From an uncultured bacterium (GTDB lineage Bacteria > Fidelibacterota > Marinisomatia > Marinisomatales > AB-629-J13), in contig CAZBBE010000002.1 of NCBI GenBank assembly GCA_964489755.1, positions 1-36,479 on the forward strand: a DNA stretch of 36,479 nt. Reading direction: 5' to 3'. Within the stretch, counting starts at the first letter, position 1. The number at the start of each line of letters is the position of its first letter. The position numbers were made by a program, and so were the translations under genes. The notes under the pieces were generated by a model. It searched no databases, was not told where the DNA came from, and worked only from the letters and a program-made list of their open reading frames with translations. Below are positions 1-10,611 of this stretch, in pieces.

Positions 1-2
1 GT

Positions 3-422
3 TATTTTGATGAGTATATTGATGAAAAACCGCTTTTTTTAGGGTTTTCCGAATCAATAAATACAGCCATTGAATTAGAAACAGTTATTCCTTCGGGTAA
101 GCACCCAAGGTATCGTTTTTCCGGTGTGAATACACAAAAATCAGCCCAATCTTTAATTGGTCAATTTGTGTTCGCCGGAGTATCAGAACATGATCAAATC
201 AATTGGATTTCTGAGGAATTAATTGGTTTTGAAGTCGTAACCACAGAAAGCAAATGGGTGGGAATATTAAAAGAAATACTATGGCTTCCCTCAAATGATG
301 TATATGTTATTCAAAAAGAAAAACGGGAATTTCTGGTTCCGGTTATACCGGAGATTGTGAAACATCTTGATTGGGAATGTGAAACCCTGGTTATTTCCCC
401 AATGGAGGGACTTCTGGATTGA
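3..422 (+). CDS. rimM: Ribosome maturation factor RimM (5' end cut by window edge)
   Basis: Frame is open from nt 3 to TGA 420-422; the ORF track starts it at an internal GTG at 126. PRC-barrel-like C-terminus (EELIGFEVV...NDVYVI...LVPVIPEIV). Canonical rimM-trmD-rplS order follows. Confidence 0.85.
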   Translation, partial: YFDEYIDEKPLFLGFSESINTAIELETVIPSGKHPRYRFSGVNTQKSAQSLIGQFVFAGVSEHDQINWISEELIGFEVVTTESKWVGILKEILWLPSNDVYVIQKEKREFLVPVIPEIVKHLDWECETLVISPMEGLLD

Positions 423-1144
423 AACGATTTGCAATCATAACACCGGTTCCGGAGCTTGTTAATACAGTAATTCAGGAAACAATCATAAGAAAATCGGTGG
501 AAAATGGAATAGCAGAGATTAATGTTGTTAATCTACGAAATTTCACCAAAGGAAAATACCGGCAGGTTGATGATGAACCTTATGGCGGTGGTGACGGTAT
601 GGTGATGATGGCGAAACCGTTTTTTAAAGCCATTGATCATACCATTTCTTCATGGAAGGAATCTGGCAATTTACGAATCGTCTATCCAACACCCCAAGGT
701 GAACTCTGGTCCCAAAAGACTGCTCGGGAATTTAGTAAAGATGGGAATACTATTTTTCTTTGTGGTCATTATAAAGGAATTGATGAACGGGTAATTGAAA
801 AATATGTTACGCATGAATTTTCCCTTGGAGATTATGTCATATCAGGAGGAGAATTGTCTTCAATGGTTATGCTGGATAGTATCATTCGTATGGTTCCCGG
901 TGTCTTAAACTCATATGAATCTGCACTCTCTGATTCCTTTATGAATAAACTCCTGGATGCACCGTATTATACCAGACCAAGAGAGATTGATGGTGTACAG
1001 GTTCCGGAAGTTTTATTAAACGGAAACCACAAACAAATTGAATCTTGGCGAGAAAATAAAAGGAAAGAACGCACTATTGCAAGAAGGAAAGATTTATGGA
1101 AAAAATATAATTCCATGATAAGTAATGGAGAAACACATGAATAA
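419..1144 (+). CDS. trmD: tRNA (guanine37-N1)-methyltransferase TrmD
   Basis: 241 aa with TrmD-like blocks ([35 protein letters not shown]). TTG start overlaps the rimM stop. Confidence 0.93.
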   Translation: MKRFAIITPVPELVNTVIQETIIRKSVENGIAEINVVNLRNFTKGKYRQVDDEPYGGGDGMVMMAKPFFKAIDHTISSWKESGNLRIVYPTPQGELWSQKTAREFSKDGNTIFLCGHYKGIDERVIEKYVTHEFSLGDYVISGGELSSMVMLDSIIRMVPGVLNSYESALSDSFMNKLLDAPYYTRPREIDGVQVPEVLLNGNHKQIESWRENKRKERTIARRKDLWKKYNSMISNGETHE

Positions 1145-1478
1145 AATACAGGAAGCAACAAAAGAGTATTTAATGGATGACCTTCCACAATTCAGAGCAG
1201 GTGACAGGATTACTATTGACTACCGTGTTATTGAAGGAGGTAAAGAACGAATACAGAAATTTCAAGGGGATGTAATCAGTAAAAAAGGTGGAAGTGTAGA
1301 GGCCTCATTTACCGTTCGAAAAATCTCAGGAGGTGTGGGAGTCGAAAGAATATTTCCACTTCATTCACCTATGATAGCTAAAATAAAAGTATTACGCAGA
1401 GGGAAAGTACGCCGAGCTAAATTAAATTATCTTAAAAAATTAAAAGGAAAAGCTGCTAGGATATCAGAACAGAGATAA
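1137..1478 (+). CDS. rplS: 50S ribosomal protein L19
   Basis: MNKIQE...[33 protein letters not shown]...FTVRK is a typical L19. ATG 1137 is preferred over the in-frame ATG 1125. Overlaps the trmD stop. Confidence 0.93.
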   Translation: MNKIQEATKEYLMDDLPQFRAGDRITIDYRVIEGGKERIQKFQGDVISKKGGSVEASFTVRKISGGVGVERIFPLHSPMIAKIKVLRRGKVRRAKLNYLKKLKGKAARISEQR

Positions 1479-1502
1479 CCGGGATATTTCTTGCTAAAAT
1501 TG

Positions 1503-1536
1503 CCCTCACAATTTTTTTTATGTGAGGGTTTTTTAT
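1503..1536 (+). terminator. Rho-independent terminator after rplS
   Basis: Perfect 8-bp inverted repeat CCCTCACA (1503-1510) / TGTGAGGG (1521-1528), followed by a T-run TTTTTT (1529-1534). Confidence 0.8.
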
Positions 1537-1563
1537 TATTTACCCAGATTCTAAAAATATCAT

Positions 1564-2736
1564 TTGAGTCATAAAGAGAAAATAATTTTAGGTATAACTA
1601 CCGGTTCCCATATGAGCGTTCATAGTATGATGCTCATTTTTCCTACAATTATGTTGGTTTTAAAAAATGAATTTTCTACAGGACTTGCCACTCTTGGAAT
1701 AATAGTTTCACTTAGTACTTTTATGTACGGATTGGGAGCTTTGCCAACTGGTTTTTTAGAAAGAAAATATGGTGCGTATAATTTACTATTGCTTTATCAG
1801 ATTGGAACTATAATTTCTACGATATTCATTGCCAAATCTCATTCACTCTTCACCTTAACCATAGGTTTGATTTTTGCAGGACTTTTTGCCAGCATATATC
1901 ATCCTGCGGGGTTAACATTGATTTCCCATCACTCAAAAAAATTATCGAAAGGAATGGCAATTCATGGAATTGGCGGTTCATTGGGGCTTGCACTGGGTCC
2001 TATGATTGGTGCAGGATGTACAGTACTTGTTTCATGGAGATTTGCATATATTACAATTTCAATTGTGAATCTATTATTATTAATGATCACTCTGATATCT
2101 TCAAAATACTGGTGTGATACTCCTTACAAAGACCCCCGGGAAAATAAAAACAAGAGTAAAACCAATAAACCTGCTTTAAAATATTATTATGGAGTATCAG
2201 TTCTTATGGGATTTACTTTTACCGGATTTACAACATTTATGCCTACCCATCTTGCATCTGAAACCCAGACAATCTTACAAGGTATTTCTGACACAATGAG
2301 AGGAGGGATATTTACATCTCTTGTTCTGTTATCGGGTATAGTAGGACAGTCAATGGGAGGCTGGGCTGGAGAAAGATTTCCTTTAACGAAGTACTTGTTT
2401 TGGATTGTTCTATTAAATATCCCCTTTTTAGTTTTATTGGGTCTGGTTTCAAATTATTGGCTTATTGGTTCTGCTTTAGTACTGGGGATTGTCCATTTTA
2501 ACTGGCAGCCTGTGGCGAATTCGCTCATAGCACATCTAACTCATACAACTCACCGGGGGTTAGGATATGGAATTAATTTTTTCCTGAATATAGGGTTCGG
2601 AGCAGGAGCAGCTGCAATCGGGGGATTCATTGCAGAAAAATTCGGAGTGACATATATCTTTCCCATGATGGGAATCGTGTTGATTCCCGCCTTAATATTA
2701 AGTTGGATTTTAATTGGAAAAGTGGAAGAAATATAG
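1564..2736 (+). CDS. MFS-type membrane transporter (substrate unknown)
   Basis: 390 aa, hydrophobic throughout with about 10-12 predicted TM segments and a central charged loop (KDPRENKNKSKTNK), the usual MFS 6+6 layout. TTG start is uncertain; ATG 1612 is an alternative. Confidence 0.7.
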   Translation: MSHKEKIILGITTGSHMSVHSMMLIFPTIMLVLKNEFSTGLATLGIIVSLSTFMYGLGALPTGFLERKYGAYNLLLLYQIGTIISTIFIAKSHSLFTLTIGLIFAGLFASIYHPAGLTLISHHSKKLSKGMAIHGIGGSLGLALGPMIGAGCTVLVSWRFAYITISIVNLLLLMITLISSKYWCDTPYKDPRENKNKSKTNKPALKYYYGVSVLMGFTFTGFTTFMPTHLASETQTILQGISDTMRGGIFTSLVLLSGIVGQSMGGWAGERFPLTKYLFWIVLLNIPFLVLLGLVSNYWLIGSALVLGIVHFNWQPVANSLIAHLTHTTHRGLGYGINFFLNIGFGAGAAAIGGFIAEKFGVTYIFPMMGIVLIPALILSWILIGKVEEI

Positions 2737-2770
2737 ACATATTTTGGTGGGTATTTACCGTTAATTTAGA

Positions 2771-4144
2771 ATGAATCAAAAACAATTAAAAACATTGCCT
2801 TCTATATCTGAAGTATTACTTGAGATAAAACGGTTAACAGACTTTGACCAAAGAATATTAATTCTTTGGATTAATGAAATATTAGAGAAGTATCGATCCA
2901 GTGCTATAAAAGGTAAATTGAAGCAGGATAGAAAAGAAATTATTCAGAATACTGTTTCGACTGTTTTAGAAAAATCACAAGGGAGTTTAAGACCTGTTAT
3001 TAATGGAACGGGAATCGTTCTTCATACGGGTCTAGGACGGGCACCCATCCACCGTCAAGTAATTAAAAAAGCCTCAAAAATGATGGAAGGATACTCAAAT
3101 TTAGAATTCCAGTTGGAGTCCGGTAAGAGAGGAAATCGTCAGTCTCATGTATCCCATTATTTCAGAGCTATAACTGGTACAGAATCAGCTATGGTTGTGA
3201 ACAATAATGCAGCAGCAGTTTTATTGGGAATTAACACATTGGCGGAAAATAAGGAAGTAATCGTTTCCCGAGGTCAGGAAGTGGAAATAGGGGGATCATT
3301 CCGAATCCCTGACATCATAGAAAAAAGCAGCGGAATATTAATGGAAGTTGGAACTACTAATAGAACTCACAGAAAAGATGTCGAAAAAGCTATAAATTCC
3401 AAAACTGGACTATTACTTTGGGTTCACACATCTAATTATAAAATCCATGGATTTACCCAGGATTTATCTCTTAAAACCCTTGTGGAAATTGGGAGGAAAA
3501 AACGAATTCCGGTCATGGCGGATTTAGGCAGTGGTGCTCTTCAAAATATCTCAAATCTAGGGCTTCCCAAAGAATTTTCTGTTCAGGAAATTATAAAGAT
3601 AAAACCCCAACTCACTACTTTTTCAGGAGATAAATTATTGGGAGGACCCCAGGCAGGGATTATGTTAGGATCAAGAAGGCTAATTCAAAAATGCGGTCAA
3701 AATCCCCTTTACCGAACGGTAAGATGCGATAAATTAACGATTTCCTTATTAGATGAAACTTTAAAGTTATTGGGAAGAAAAAAACAGGTTAAACACAATT
3801 TAGCATTATCTTTATTGGCAACTTCTGGAAAACAATTAGTTCGGCGAGTAAATCAGCTGGTGGATTTACTCCCTCAAAACCTTGTTCGATCATTTGGTAT
3901 ATCTGCCATTGAAACAAAGGTTGAAGCAGGCAGTGGTTCACTTCCTGTAAAGACCTTACTAAGCGCTGCTCTGGTGTTTTCTTCAAAAAAAATCAAACCT
4001 ACAGCACTGGCGAAAAGATTCAGGAAAGGCAATCCTCCATTAATCGGATATATTCACAAGAATAAATTTTATATTGATTTTAAATCTGTTCTTCCCGAAC
4101 AGGATAAAATCATTATTCAGCTTATTCAGGATAGCCTTTCATGA
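2771..4144 (+). CDS. selA: L-seryl-tRNA(Sec) selenium transferase SelA
   Basis: Close block matches to E. coli SelA recalled from memory: PVINGTGIVLHTGLGRAP, VVNNNAAAVLL, VSRGQEVEIGGSFRIPD, EVGTTNRTH, VHTSNYKI.GFT, FSGDKLLGGPQAGI (PLP lysine), SGSLP. Confidence 0.93.
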   Translation: MNQKQLKTLPSISEVLLEIKRLTDFDQRILILWINEILEKYRSSAIKGKLKQDRKEIIQNTVSTVLEKSQGSLRPVINGTGIVLHTGLGRAPIHRQVIKKASKMMEGYSNLEFQLESGKRGNRQSHVSHYFRAITGTESAMVVNNNAAAVLLGINTLAENKEVIVSRGQEVEIGGSFRIPDIIEKSSGILMEVGTTNRTHRKDVEKAINSKTGLLLWVHTSNYKIHGFTQDLSLKTLVEIGRKKRIPVMADLGSGALQNISNLGLPKEFSVQEIIKIKPQLTTFSGDKLLGGPQAGIMLGSRRLIQKCGQNPLYRTVRCDKLTISLLDETLKLLGRKKQVKHNLALSLLATSGKQLVRRVNQLVDLLPQNLVRSFGISAIETKVEAGSGSLPVKTLLSAALVFSSKKIKPTALAKRFRKGNPPLIGYIHKNKFYIDFKSVLPEQDKIIIQLIQDSLS

Positions 4145-6021
4145 ATCAGATTGTCATCGGTACTGCAGGGCATATTGATCATGGCAAAACAGCCCTTGTG
4201 AAAGCCCTAACCGGAGTAGATACCGATAGATTAGTTGAGGAGCAGAAACGGGGAATGACCATTGATTTAGGATTTGCATTTTTAAATGACCGTATTACCA
4301 TTATTGACGTTCCCGGTCATGAACGCTTTATACGGAATATGGTAGCAGGTGTATCTACCATTGATTTTGTAATCTTGGTGATAGCCTTGGATGATGGAAT
4401 GATGCCCCAAACCATGGAGCATTTAAACATAATTGATTTATTGAGGATTCCTGATGGCGTTATAGTTTTAACCAAATCTGATTTAATCAAGGATGGTCAA
4501 TGGGTGGATTTGGTTAAAGAAGAAATAAAGGAAAAGACTGAAGGAACCATTTTAGAAGGTAAACCCATCATTAAGACTTCAGTTAACACCAATGAAGGAA
4601 TTAAGGAATTATATGATCTACTGAGTTCTTTGGAAGGAGTTAAGGTTAAATCCCAAAATGATGAAAATTTCAGATTACAGATTGATCGAGTATTTCATAA
4701 AACCGGATATGGAATAATCCTCACCGGGACGGTACTCTCTGGAAATCTGACAATTGGGTCATCAGTTGGAGTTCAACCCTCAAATAAAACGGGGAAAGTA
4801 AGGGGACTTCAGAGTCATGGTGAACCGGTTGATTTTGTTTCGAAGGGAGATAGGGCAGCTGTTAATTTGACTGGAATTGAATTGGCGCATGTCTGGCGTG
4901 GTTCGGAACTTGTGACACCTAAGTCCATTCAAGCAACTCATCGAGCCATTGTCCATATAGAATTAATTGAAACTACAAAATGGAAATTAAAAACCCAGCA
5001 ACATATTCGGATCCATTTAGGAACATCGGAATCATTGGCTAAGATTGTTTATATCCCTAAAACAATTTCTGCCGGAGAATCCATAAACGCAGTTTTGGAA
5101 TTTAATAAACCGGTTACTACAGCATTGGATGATCGTTTTATTATACGGGCTTATTCCCCCATGGATACAATTGGAGGAGGAAAAATTTTGGATAAAGATC
5201 CAGAAGGAAATTGGAAAAAAATCAAAGTTCAATGTCAACGGTTATCGAAACAGGTGTCAGAACGTTTCTCTCAATTTATTACCTACTCAGACAATGTACC
5301 AAAATCAGTAGAATTTTGGGCTGATAAATTTTCAAAATCCAAGGAGTACATCCATCAATTGGTTGAATCCAATCAGTTAGTTAATAAAAAAAATATGGTG
5401 TTTTCTGAAAAGGGAAAAGATTTTTCAAAAAAAGCGATTTTAGATTACTTAACTGATTTTTATGAGAAGAATCCATATCGTGCATATATTAATTCGGAAT
5501 CTGTGCGGAATGAGTTAGGCTTCAGTCGATCCTGGTACGATTATATTGTTTCAAAATTAGATGGAAAGGAAATAACACTTCAAAAAGGCGGATTGACGCT
5601 AAAATCTCACAAAATTGAATTGTCCAAAAAGGATAAAAAAAGTTTGGAGCAAATTAAACATATCTTGTCCAAAATTCAATTTCTCCCCGTGTCATTAAAA
5701 GATATTGAAGAAAAGATCCAATGTGAATCTGATCAGATTCTTGAATTACTGCATGTGTTAAAACGTCAGGGATATTCACTAGATATTTCAAATCAACTGT
5801 GGATGAGTAGACCTGATTTGGATAGATTGATTGAAAAACTTGATGAGTACTATATTTCGAATGAAATTTTAAGTGTAGGAAAATTTAAATCAATGACGAA
5901 TCTTACACGAAAAACTGCTATTCCTCTTCTGGAATATTTAGATAAATCTGGTATTACATTCCGGAGGGGAAATGAACGTATTCAGGGATCAAAATTTCCC
6001 TCAAAACAAGAACGGGTGTGA
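4141..6021 (+). CDS. selB: Selenocysteine-specific translation elongation factor SelB
   Basis: N-terminal GTPase (GTAGHIDHGKTALVKALTG.DTDRL.EE..RGMTIDLGFA, DVPGHERF, TKSD). Long C-terminal extension of winged-helix type, 626 aa. ATGA overlap with the selA stop. Confidence 0.92.
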   Translation: MNQIVIGTAGHIDHGKTALVKALTGVDTDRLVEEQKRGMTIDLGFAFLNDRITIIDVPGHERFIRNMVAGVSTIDFVILVIALDDGMMPQTMEHLNIIDLLRIPDGVIVLTKSDLIKDGQWVDLVKEEIKEKTEGTILEGKPIIKTSVNTNEGIKELYDLLSSLEGVKVKSQNDENFRLQIDRVFHKTGYGIILTGTVLSGNLTIGSSVGVQPSNKTGKVRGLQSHGEPVDFVSKGDRAAVNLTGIELAHVWRGSELVTPKSIQATHRAIVHIELIETTKWKLKTQQHIRIHLGTSESLAKIVYIPKTISAGESINAVLEFNKPVTTALDDRFIIRAYSPMDTIGGGKILDKDPEGNWKKIKVQCQRLSKQVSERFSQFITYSDNVPKSVEFWADKFSKSKEYIHQLVESNQLVNKKNMVFSEKGKDFSKKAILDYLTDFYEKNPYRAYINSESVRNELGFSRSWYDYIVSKLDGKEITLQKGGLTLKSHKIELSKKDKKSLEQIKHILSKIQFLPVSLKDIEEKIQCESDQILELLHVLKRQGYSLDISNQLWMSRPDLDRLIEKLDEYYISNEILSVGKFKSMTNLTRKTAIPLLEYLDKSGITFRRGNERIQGSKFPSKQERV

Positions 6022-8672
6022 ATATGAACCCAGACATGAATGATTCACCAAAAATACAAGATTTAAAAGAAAAAAATACACAAATCATTTCTACTGGTAC
6101 TCCTCTCATGCGGCAATATGGTGAGGTGAAATCAAAATATCCTGACAGTATTGTTTTGTTTAGAATGGGGGATTTTTTTGAAACCTTCAATGAAGATGCA
6201 AAAATCACGGCGAAAATTCTGGGTATTGTATTGACGAAGAGGACAAACGGCGCTGCCGCTGATGTCCCTTTGGCTGGCTTTCCACACCATTCTTTAGATA
6301 ATTACCTTCCTAAAATTGTTAATGCAGGACATAAAGTAGCCATATGCGAACAGGTAGAAGATTCCAAATTTTCAACTGGTATTGTAAAACGTGAAGTAAT
6401 TGAGATTGTGTCGCCCGGTACTCTGGCACCGGATGAAGAGTCACTTCAAAAGTCAAATAATTTTATCGTTTCCCTAATCTTTTCACAGAATAATGTTGGC
6501 TATGCGGTACTAGATCAATCTACGGGTGAGTTTTATTTGGGAGAATCTCCCGAAGATACTTTAAGTGAATCTCTTCGCCAATTTTCGCCTAGGGAAGTAC
6601 TTATAGCGGAATCTCATACCTATATCACATCTAATTGGTACAAAAAATTAAAACCTTTTATTTCTCGGGTTGATGATTGGGCATTTGATTATGATCACGG
6701 ATACAGACTCTTGACGGACCATTTCGAAACCCCGTCCCTAAAGGGATTTGGATGCGAGGAATACAATTTAGGAATATGCGCTGCAGGTGCAATGATGTAT
6801 CAAATGAAACATAATCTTAATTCACCATTAAATCATATTTCAACTATAAAACCCATTTTAAAAGACTCAATCATGGGGCTCGACAGTTTTACCATGAGAA
6901 ATCTGGAAATTTTTAATTCCCTGTCCACTCAAGGCACACACGGAACATTAACAAGTATTCTGGATGAAACTGTTTCACCCGGAGGTGGAAGATTGTTGAA
7001 AAAATGGCTTCACAATCCGTTGACCGATATGGAGCGGTTGATTGACCGGGTAACTATTGTTGATGCATTCACTAAGGAAAAATCAATCCTACGTACTCTG
7101 AGAGATCTTCTAGGAAAAACATCTGATCTTGAAAGAATATTGGGGAGAATCAATCGGACCAAAGCCACACCCAGGGACTTATTGGGACTAAAATATACGT
7201 ACGAGCTAATTACTCAAATATTGAAAAAACTCAAAGAATCTAATGTGGTGAATTCACTTAAAATCAATACGTGGTTTGGAGAAACTAAATCGTTGATAGA
7301 TTCCATCAAATCCAAGATTAAAGAGGATGCACCAGCGACTTTAAAACAGGGCGGAGTTATTGCTCAGGGAATTAATTCGGAATTGGATGAACTTCGTTCA
7401 CTGGCAAAAGATGGTTCTGAATGGATAGCCCAATTACAATCTTCTGAACGGGAAAGAACCGGTATTTCATCACTAAAAATAGGATATAACAAGGTATTTG
7501 GATATTATATCGAGGTGACAAAAACTCACTTGGAAAAAGTCCCTTCTGAATATATTCGAAAACAAACCTTAGTAAATGCAGAACGGTACATCATTCCTGA
7601 ATTAAAGGTATATGAGGAGAAAATTCTAAGCGCAGAAGAAAAATTATGTGAGATTGAAAACTGTTTATTCCAAGAATTATGCCATGAAATTTTATTAGAA
7701 GCCCATTCCATAAAGAAAAATGCTGAAAGTCTTAATAAACTGGATGTTTTAACTACCTTTGCATATTTGGCGCTTCAAAATAAATATGTGAAGCCCCGGT
7801 TTAGGCAAAAATCCATCCTGAAATTAAAAAAAGCTCGCCATCCAGTTGTGGAAAAACTGTTACCTGTCACTGAAAAGTTTATTCCGAATGATCTTGAAAT
7901 CGACACAAAAAAAAATCAAATTCATTTAATCACTGGCCCAAATATGGCGGGAAAATCCACCTATTTACGGCAAGTGGGACTCATTGTAATTATGGCTCAA
8001 ATCGGGTGTTTTGTTCCCGCCGAAAAAGCCGAGATGGGTATAGTTGACCATCTGTTTACACGAGTGGGAGCCAGTGATAATTTAGCAGGTGGGGAAAGTA
8101 CTTTTTTAGTGGAAATGATTGAAGCGGCAAATATTCTGAATAATGCAACCCAGAACAGTCTAATTCTTCTAGATGAGGTGGGCAGAGGGACAGCAACATT
8201 TGACGGTTTATCCCTTGCATGGGCGATTACAGAATATTTACACGATGATTCACACGTAGCAGCCCGAACACTGTTTGCAACCCACTATCATGAATTAACC
8301 GTTTTAGAAGATTCTTTGGACAGATTGTCCAATTATCATGCGGATGTTAAGGAATATAAGGATAAAATCATTTTCCTTCGAAAAATAATACCAGGAGCTG
8401 GTGATAAAAGTTACGGCATTCATGTGGCAAAAATGGCAGGACTTCCAATGTCGATTATTCAACGTGCAAATGAAATCCTTTTACAACATATCAATCAATC
8501 AAAAGAAAACCAGATTCAAAGTGAGATATCCAGTCCTGATACACAAGAATTATTGTTCGACATTGAGGAGAAAAAATTAAAAAAAGAATTAAGTAAATTA
8601 GATGTTAATTCTATAACACCTATAGAAGCCCTCCAAATACTGTTTGATTTAAAAACCAAATATGAATCATGA
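6018..8672 (+). CDS. mutS: DNA mismatch repair protein MutS
   Basis: TPLMRQY...K.KYPD.IVLFRMGDFFE.F..DA; Walker A GPNMAGKST; STFLVEM; LLDEVGRGT.T.DG; THYHEL. The start may be ATG 6024 rather than GTG 6018. Confidence 0.95.
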   Translation: MNMNPDMNDSPKIQDLKEKNTQIISTGTPLMRQYGEVKSKYPDSIVLFRMGDFFETFNEDAKITAKILGIVLTKRTNGAAADVPLAGFPHHSLDNYLPKIVNAGHKVAICEQVEDSKFSTGIVKREVIEIVSPGTLAPDEESLQKSNNFIVSLIFSQNNVGYAVLDQSTGEFYLGESPEDTLSESLRQFSPREVLIAESHTYITSNWYKKLKPFISRVDDWAFDYDHGYRLLTDHFETPSLKGFGCEEYNLGICAAGAMMYQMKHNLNSPLNHISTIKPILKDSIMGLDSFTMRNLEIFNSLSTQGTHGTLTSILDETVSPGGGRLLKKWLHNPLTDMERLIDRVTIVDAFTKEKSILRTLRDLLGKTSDLERILGRINRTKATPRDLLGLKYTYELITQILKKLKESNVVNSLKINTWFGETKSLIDSIKSKIKEDAPATLKQGGVIAQGINSELDELRSLAKDGSEWIAQLQSSERERTGISSLKIGYNKVFGYYIEVTKTHLEKVPSEYIRKQTLVNAERYIIPELKVYEEKILSAEEKLCEIENCLFQELCHEILLEAHSIKKNAESLNKLDVLTTFAYLALQNKYVKPRFRQKSILKLKKARHPVVEKLLPVTEKFIPNDLEIDTKKNQIHLITGPNMAGKSTYLRQVGLIVIMAQIGCFVPAEKAEMGIVDHLFTRVGASDNLAGGESTFLVEMIEAANILNNATQNSLILLDEVGRGTATFDGLSLAWAITEYLHDDSHVAARTLFATHYHELTVLEDSLDRLSNYHADVKEYKDKIIFLRKIIPGAGDKSYGIHVAKMAGLPMSIIQRANEILLQHINQSKENQIQSEISSPDTQELLFDIEEKKLKKELSKLDVNSITPIEALQILFDLKTKYES

Positions 8673-9676
8673 TGAAAAAACAAATTTTCAAAAAAATCCT
8701 TCTTTTTTCAAATCTTCTCATTTTGACCCTTATATCCAATTTAAATGCAGGTAATTCTGTATTTCACACTGTAATTGATGCCTCGGCTCTGGCAGTAGGA
8801 AATGCACTTACAGGTGCTCGATTTTCTCATGATGCTGGATTAGCCAATCCAGCACGAATTAATCAATTCAAACCGGGTGCTGTTTTATTCTCAAGTGAAT
8901 CCCGATTTTCCGGCACTTTATATAGACATATATTCGCCTATCGAAGTCTTTCTTCCTCCATTAAATTTCTATTTATTCATGAAGGAATTTATAAAATTCC
9001 CGATACCCGTTATGCTTTAGATGATTGGAATGGTGATGGAATGTTGAACGGAAATGAACGACTGATTACAGGTCAGATATCCCATTTTGGTCAACATCGT
9101 TATGGTGTCATGATCCAACACTCAATTTCATGGAAAGATTGGCAGATTGGGATGGGATATAATACATTTATTTCTTCCCTTGCAGATGAAAACGGTTATG
9201 GACTCACCATCAATGGTGGAATCCTCAAGCAGTGGAATTCATCATTTTCTGTAGGATTAGAAATAAAAAATATTGGGATATTACCCATGAAATGGACCAC
9301 CGGATATCAGGAATCCTGGTCACCGGAAATTTTTATAGGTGGAAGTATCACACCTGTAATGAAATATATGTGGTGTGAAATTAATCTTTTTTTTGATGGA
9401 GGACTCCGACTCACAGAACGGACATTGGATGACGATTTTCATATATATGACAATGGTGGTATTGTCCGTTATGGAGTAGAACTAAATGCAGATGAAATAT
9501 GCGCAATGAGAATTGGCAGGTCCGGAAAAGGAAAACTGGCAATAGGATTCAGTATTTCCACTGAAAAAAATATATTAAATTACACTTTGAGCACAAAACA
9601 GGGATGGGGTAAAAATTCAACCGGTCATATTTTCACTTTTTTACTGGATGTAGAGACAATAAAAAAATGGTTTTAA
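8669..9676 (+). CDS. Secreted, probably outer-membrane protein of unknown function
   Basis: N-terminal signal peptide (MMKKQIFKKILLFSNLLILTLISNLNA). Gly/aromatic-rich alternating pattern consistent with a beta-barrel. ATGA overlap with the mutS stop. No family assigned with confidence. Confidence 0.5.
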   Translation: MMKKQIFKKILLFSNLLILTLISNLNAGNSVFHTVIDASALAVGNALTGARFSHDAGLANPARINQFKPGAVLFSSESRFSGTLYRHIFAYRSLSSSIKFLFIHEGIYKIPDTRYALDDWNGDGMLNGNERLITGQISHFGQHRYGVMIQHSISWKDWQIGMGYNTFISSLADENGYGLTINGGILKQWNSSFSVGLEIKNIGILPMKWTTGYQESWSPEIFIGGSITPVMKYMWCEINLFFDGGLRLTERTLDDDFHIYDNGGIVRYGVELNADEICAMRIGRSGKGKLAIGFSISTEKNILNYTLSTKQGWGKNSTGHIFTFLLDVETIKKWF

Positions 9677-9747
9677 TAATGAAAATTAAAACGATTGAAT
9701 GGGTCGATTTATCTTTATAGTTTTTAAGATTGTATTCGGAATGAAAA

Positions 9748-10611
9748 ATGATTAAAAGCATGTCTGGGTTTGGTCAGGGAACCGCCCAATTAAAGAATGG
9801 AATGTGTACTATATCTGTTCGAGCCTTGAACTCAAGATATTTAGACATCAAATTATCTGGTATAGAGGGATATCCAGATTTAGACCATTTAATACGAAAT
9901 AAAATCACAGAAAAGTTGGAAAGAGGCAGCATTCAACTCAATGTGAATTTAAATTTTGGAATGAATGGAAAGAGTCATTTCCAATTTAATCAAGAGAGAT
10001 TTGAACTAATTGATAAAATATTATCCACAATAAAAAAAAAATACGGCAGACACATGAACATGGCTGATATTATCACTTCAAAAGATTTATTTATGGATGG
10101 TCCTGAAATGGAAATTGACAGTTCGGAAATTCTGACTGCCATCAACCTTGCCCTGAGTCAAGTAGATTCGATGAGAATTAAAGAAGGGGAAAAAACCGCA
10201 GAACATTTGGCATCTTTATTAAATGAAATAGCTGATTTAGTTGAAGTATTAAAAGAAAAAACTAAAAAAATAATTGAAAAGAAAATCAATAAATATAGGG
10301 AAAAGATTCAAGATTTAATTAACGGAATACCCGTGGAAGAATCTCGATTAAGTATGGAGATCATGATATTAGCTGATAAAACAGATGTGTCAGAGGAATT
10401 ATCTCGGAGTTTAAGTCATATTGATCAATTTAGACAATTGATGAAGTTGGATGAACCGGTTGGAAAACGATTAAATTTTCTCACTCAGGAACTAAACCGA
10501 GAAGTTAATACTTTAGGAGTAAAAGCAGCCGATGTTACTGTAAGTCGGGATGTCATCGATTTAAAATCCGGAATAGAAAAAATCAGAGAACAGATACAAA
10601 ATATATTATGA
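9748..10611 (+). CDS. yicC: YicC-family protein
   Basis: Starts MIKSMSGFG, the typical YicC/YloC N-terminus. C-terminal EE..R...H...F...........GK.LNFL.QE.NRE.NT.G.K motif. Sits upstream of gmk as in many bacteria. Confidence 0.85.
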   Translation: MIKSMSGFGQGTAQLKNGMCTISVRALNSRYLDIKLSGIEGYPDLDHLIRNKITEKLERGSIQLNVNLNFGMNGKSHFQFNQERFELIDKILSTIKKKYGRHMNMADIITSKDLFMDGPEMEIDSSEILTAINLALSQVDSMRIKEGEKTAEHLASLLNEIADLVEVLKEKTKKIIEKKINKYREKIQDLINGIPVEESRLSMEIMILADKTDVSEELSRSLSHIDQFRQLMKLDEPVGKRLNFLTQELNREVNTLGVKAADVTVSRDVIDLKSGIEKIREQIQNIL

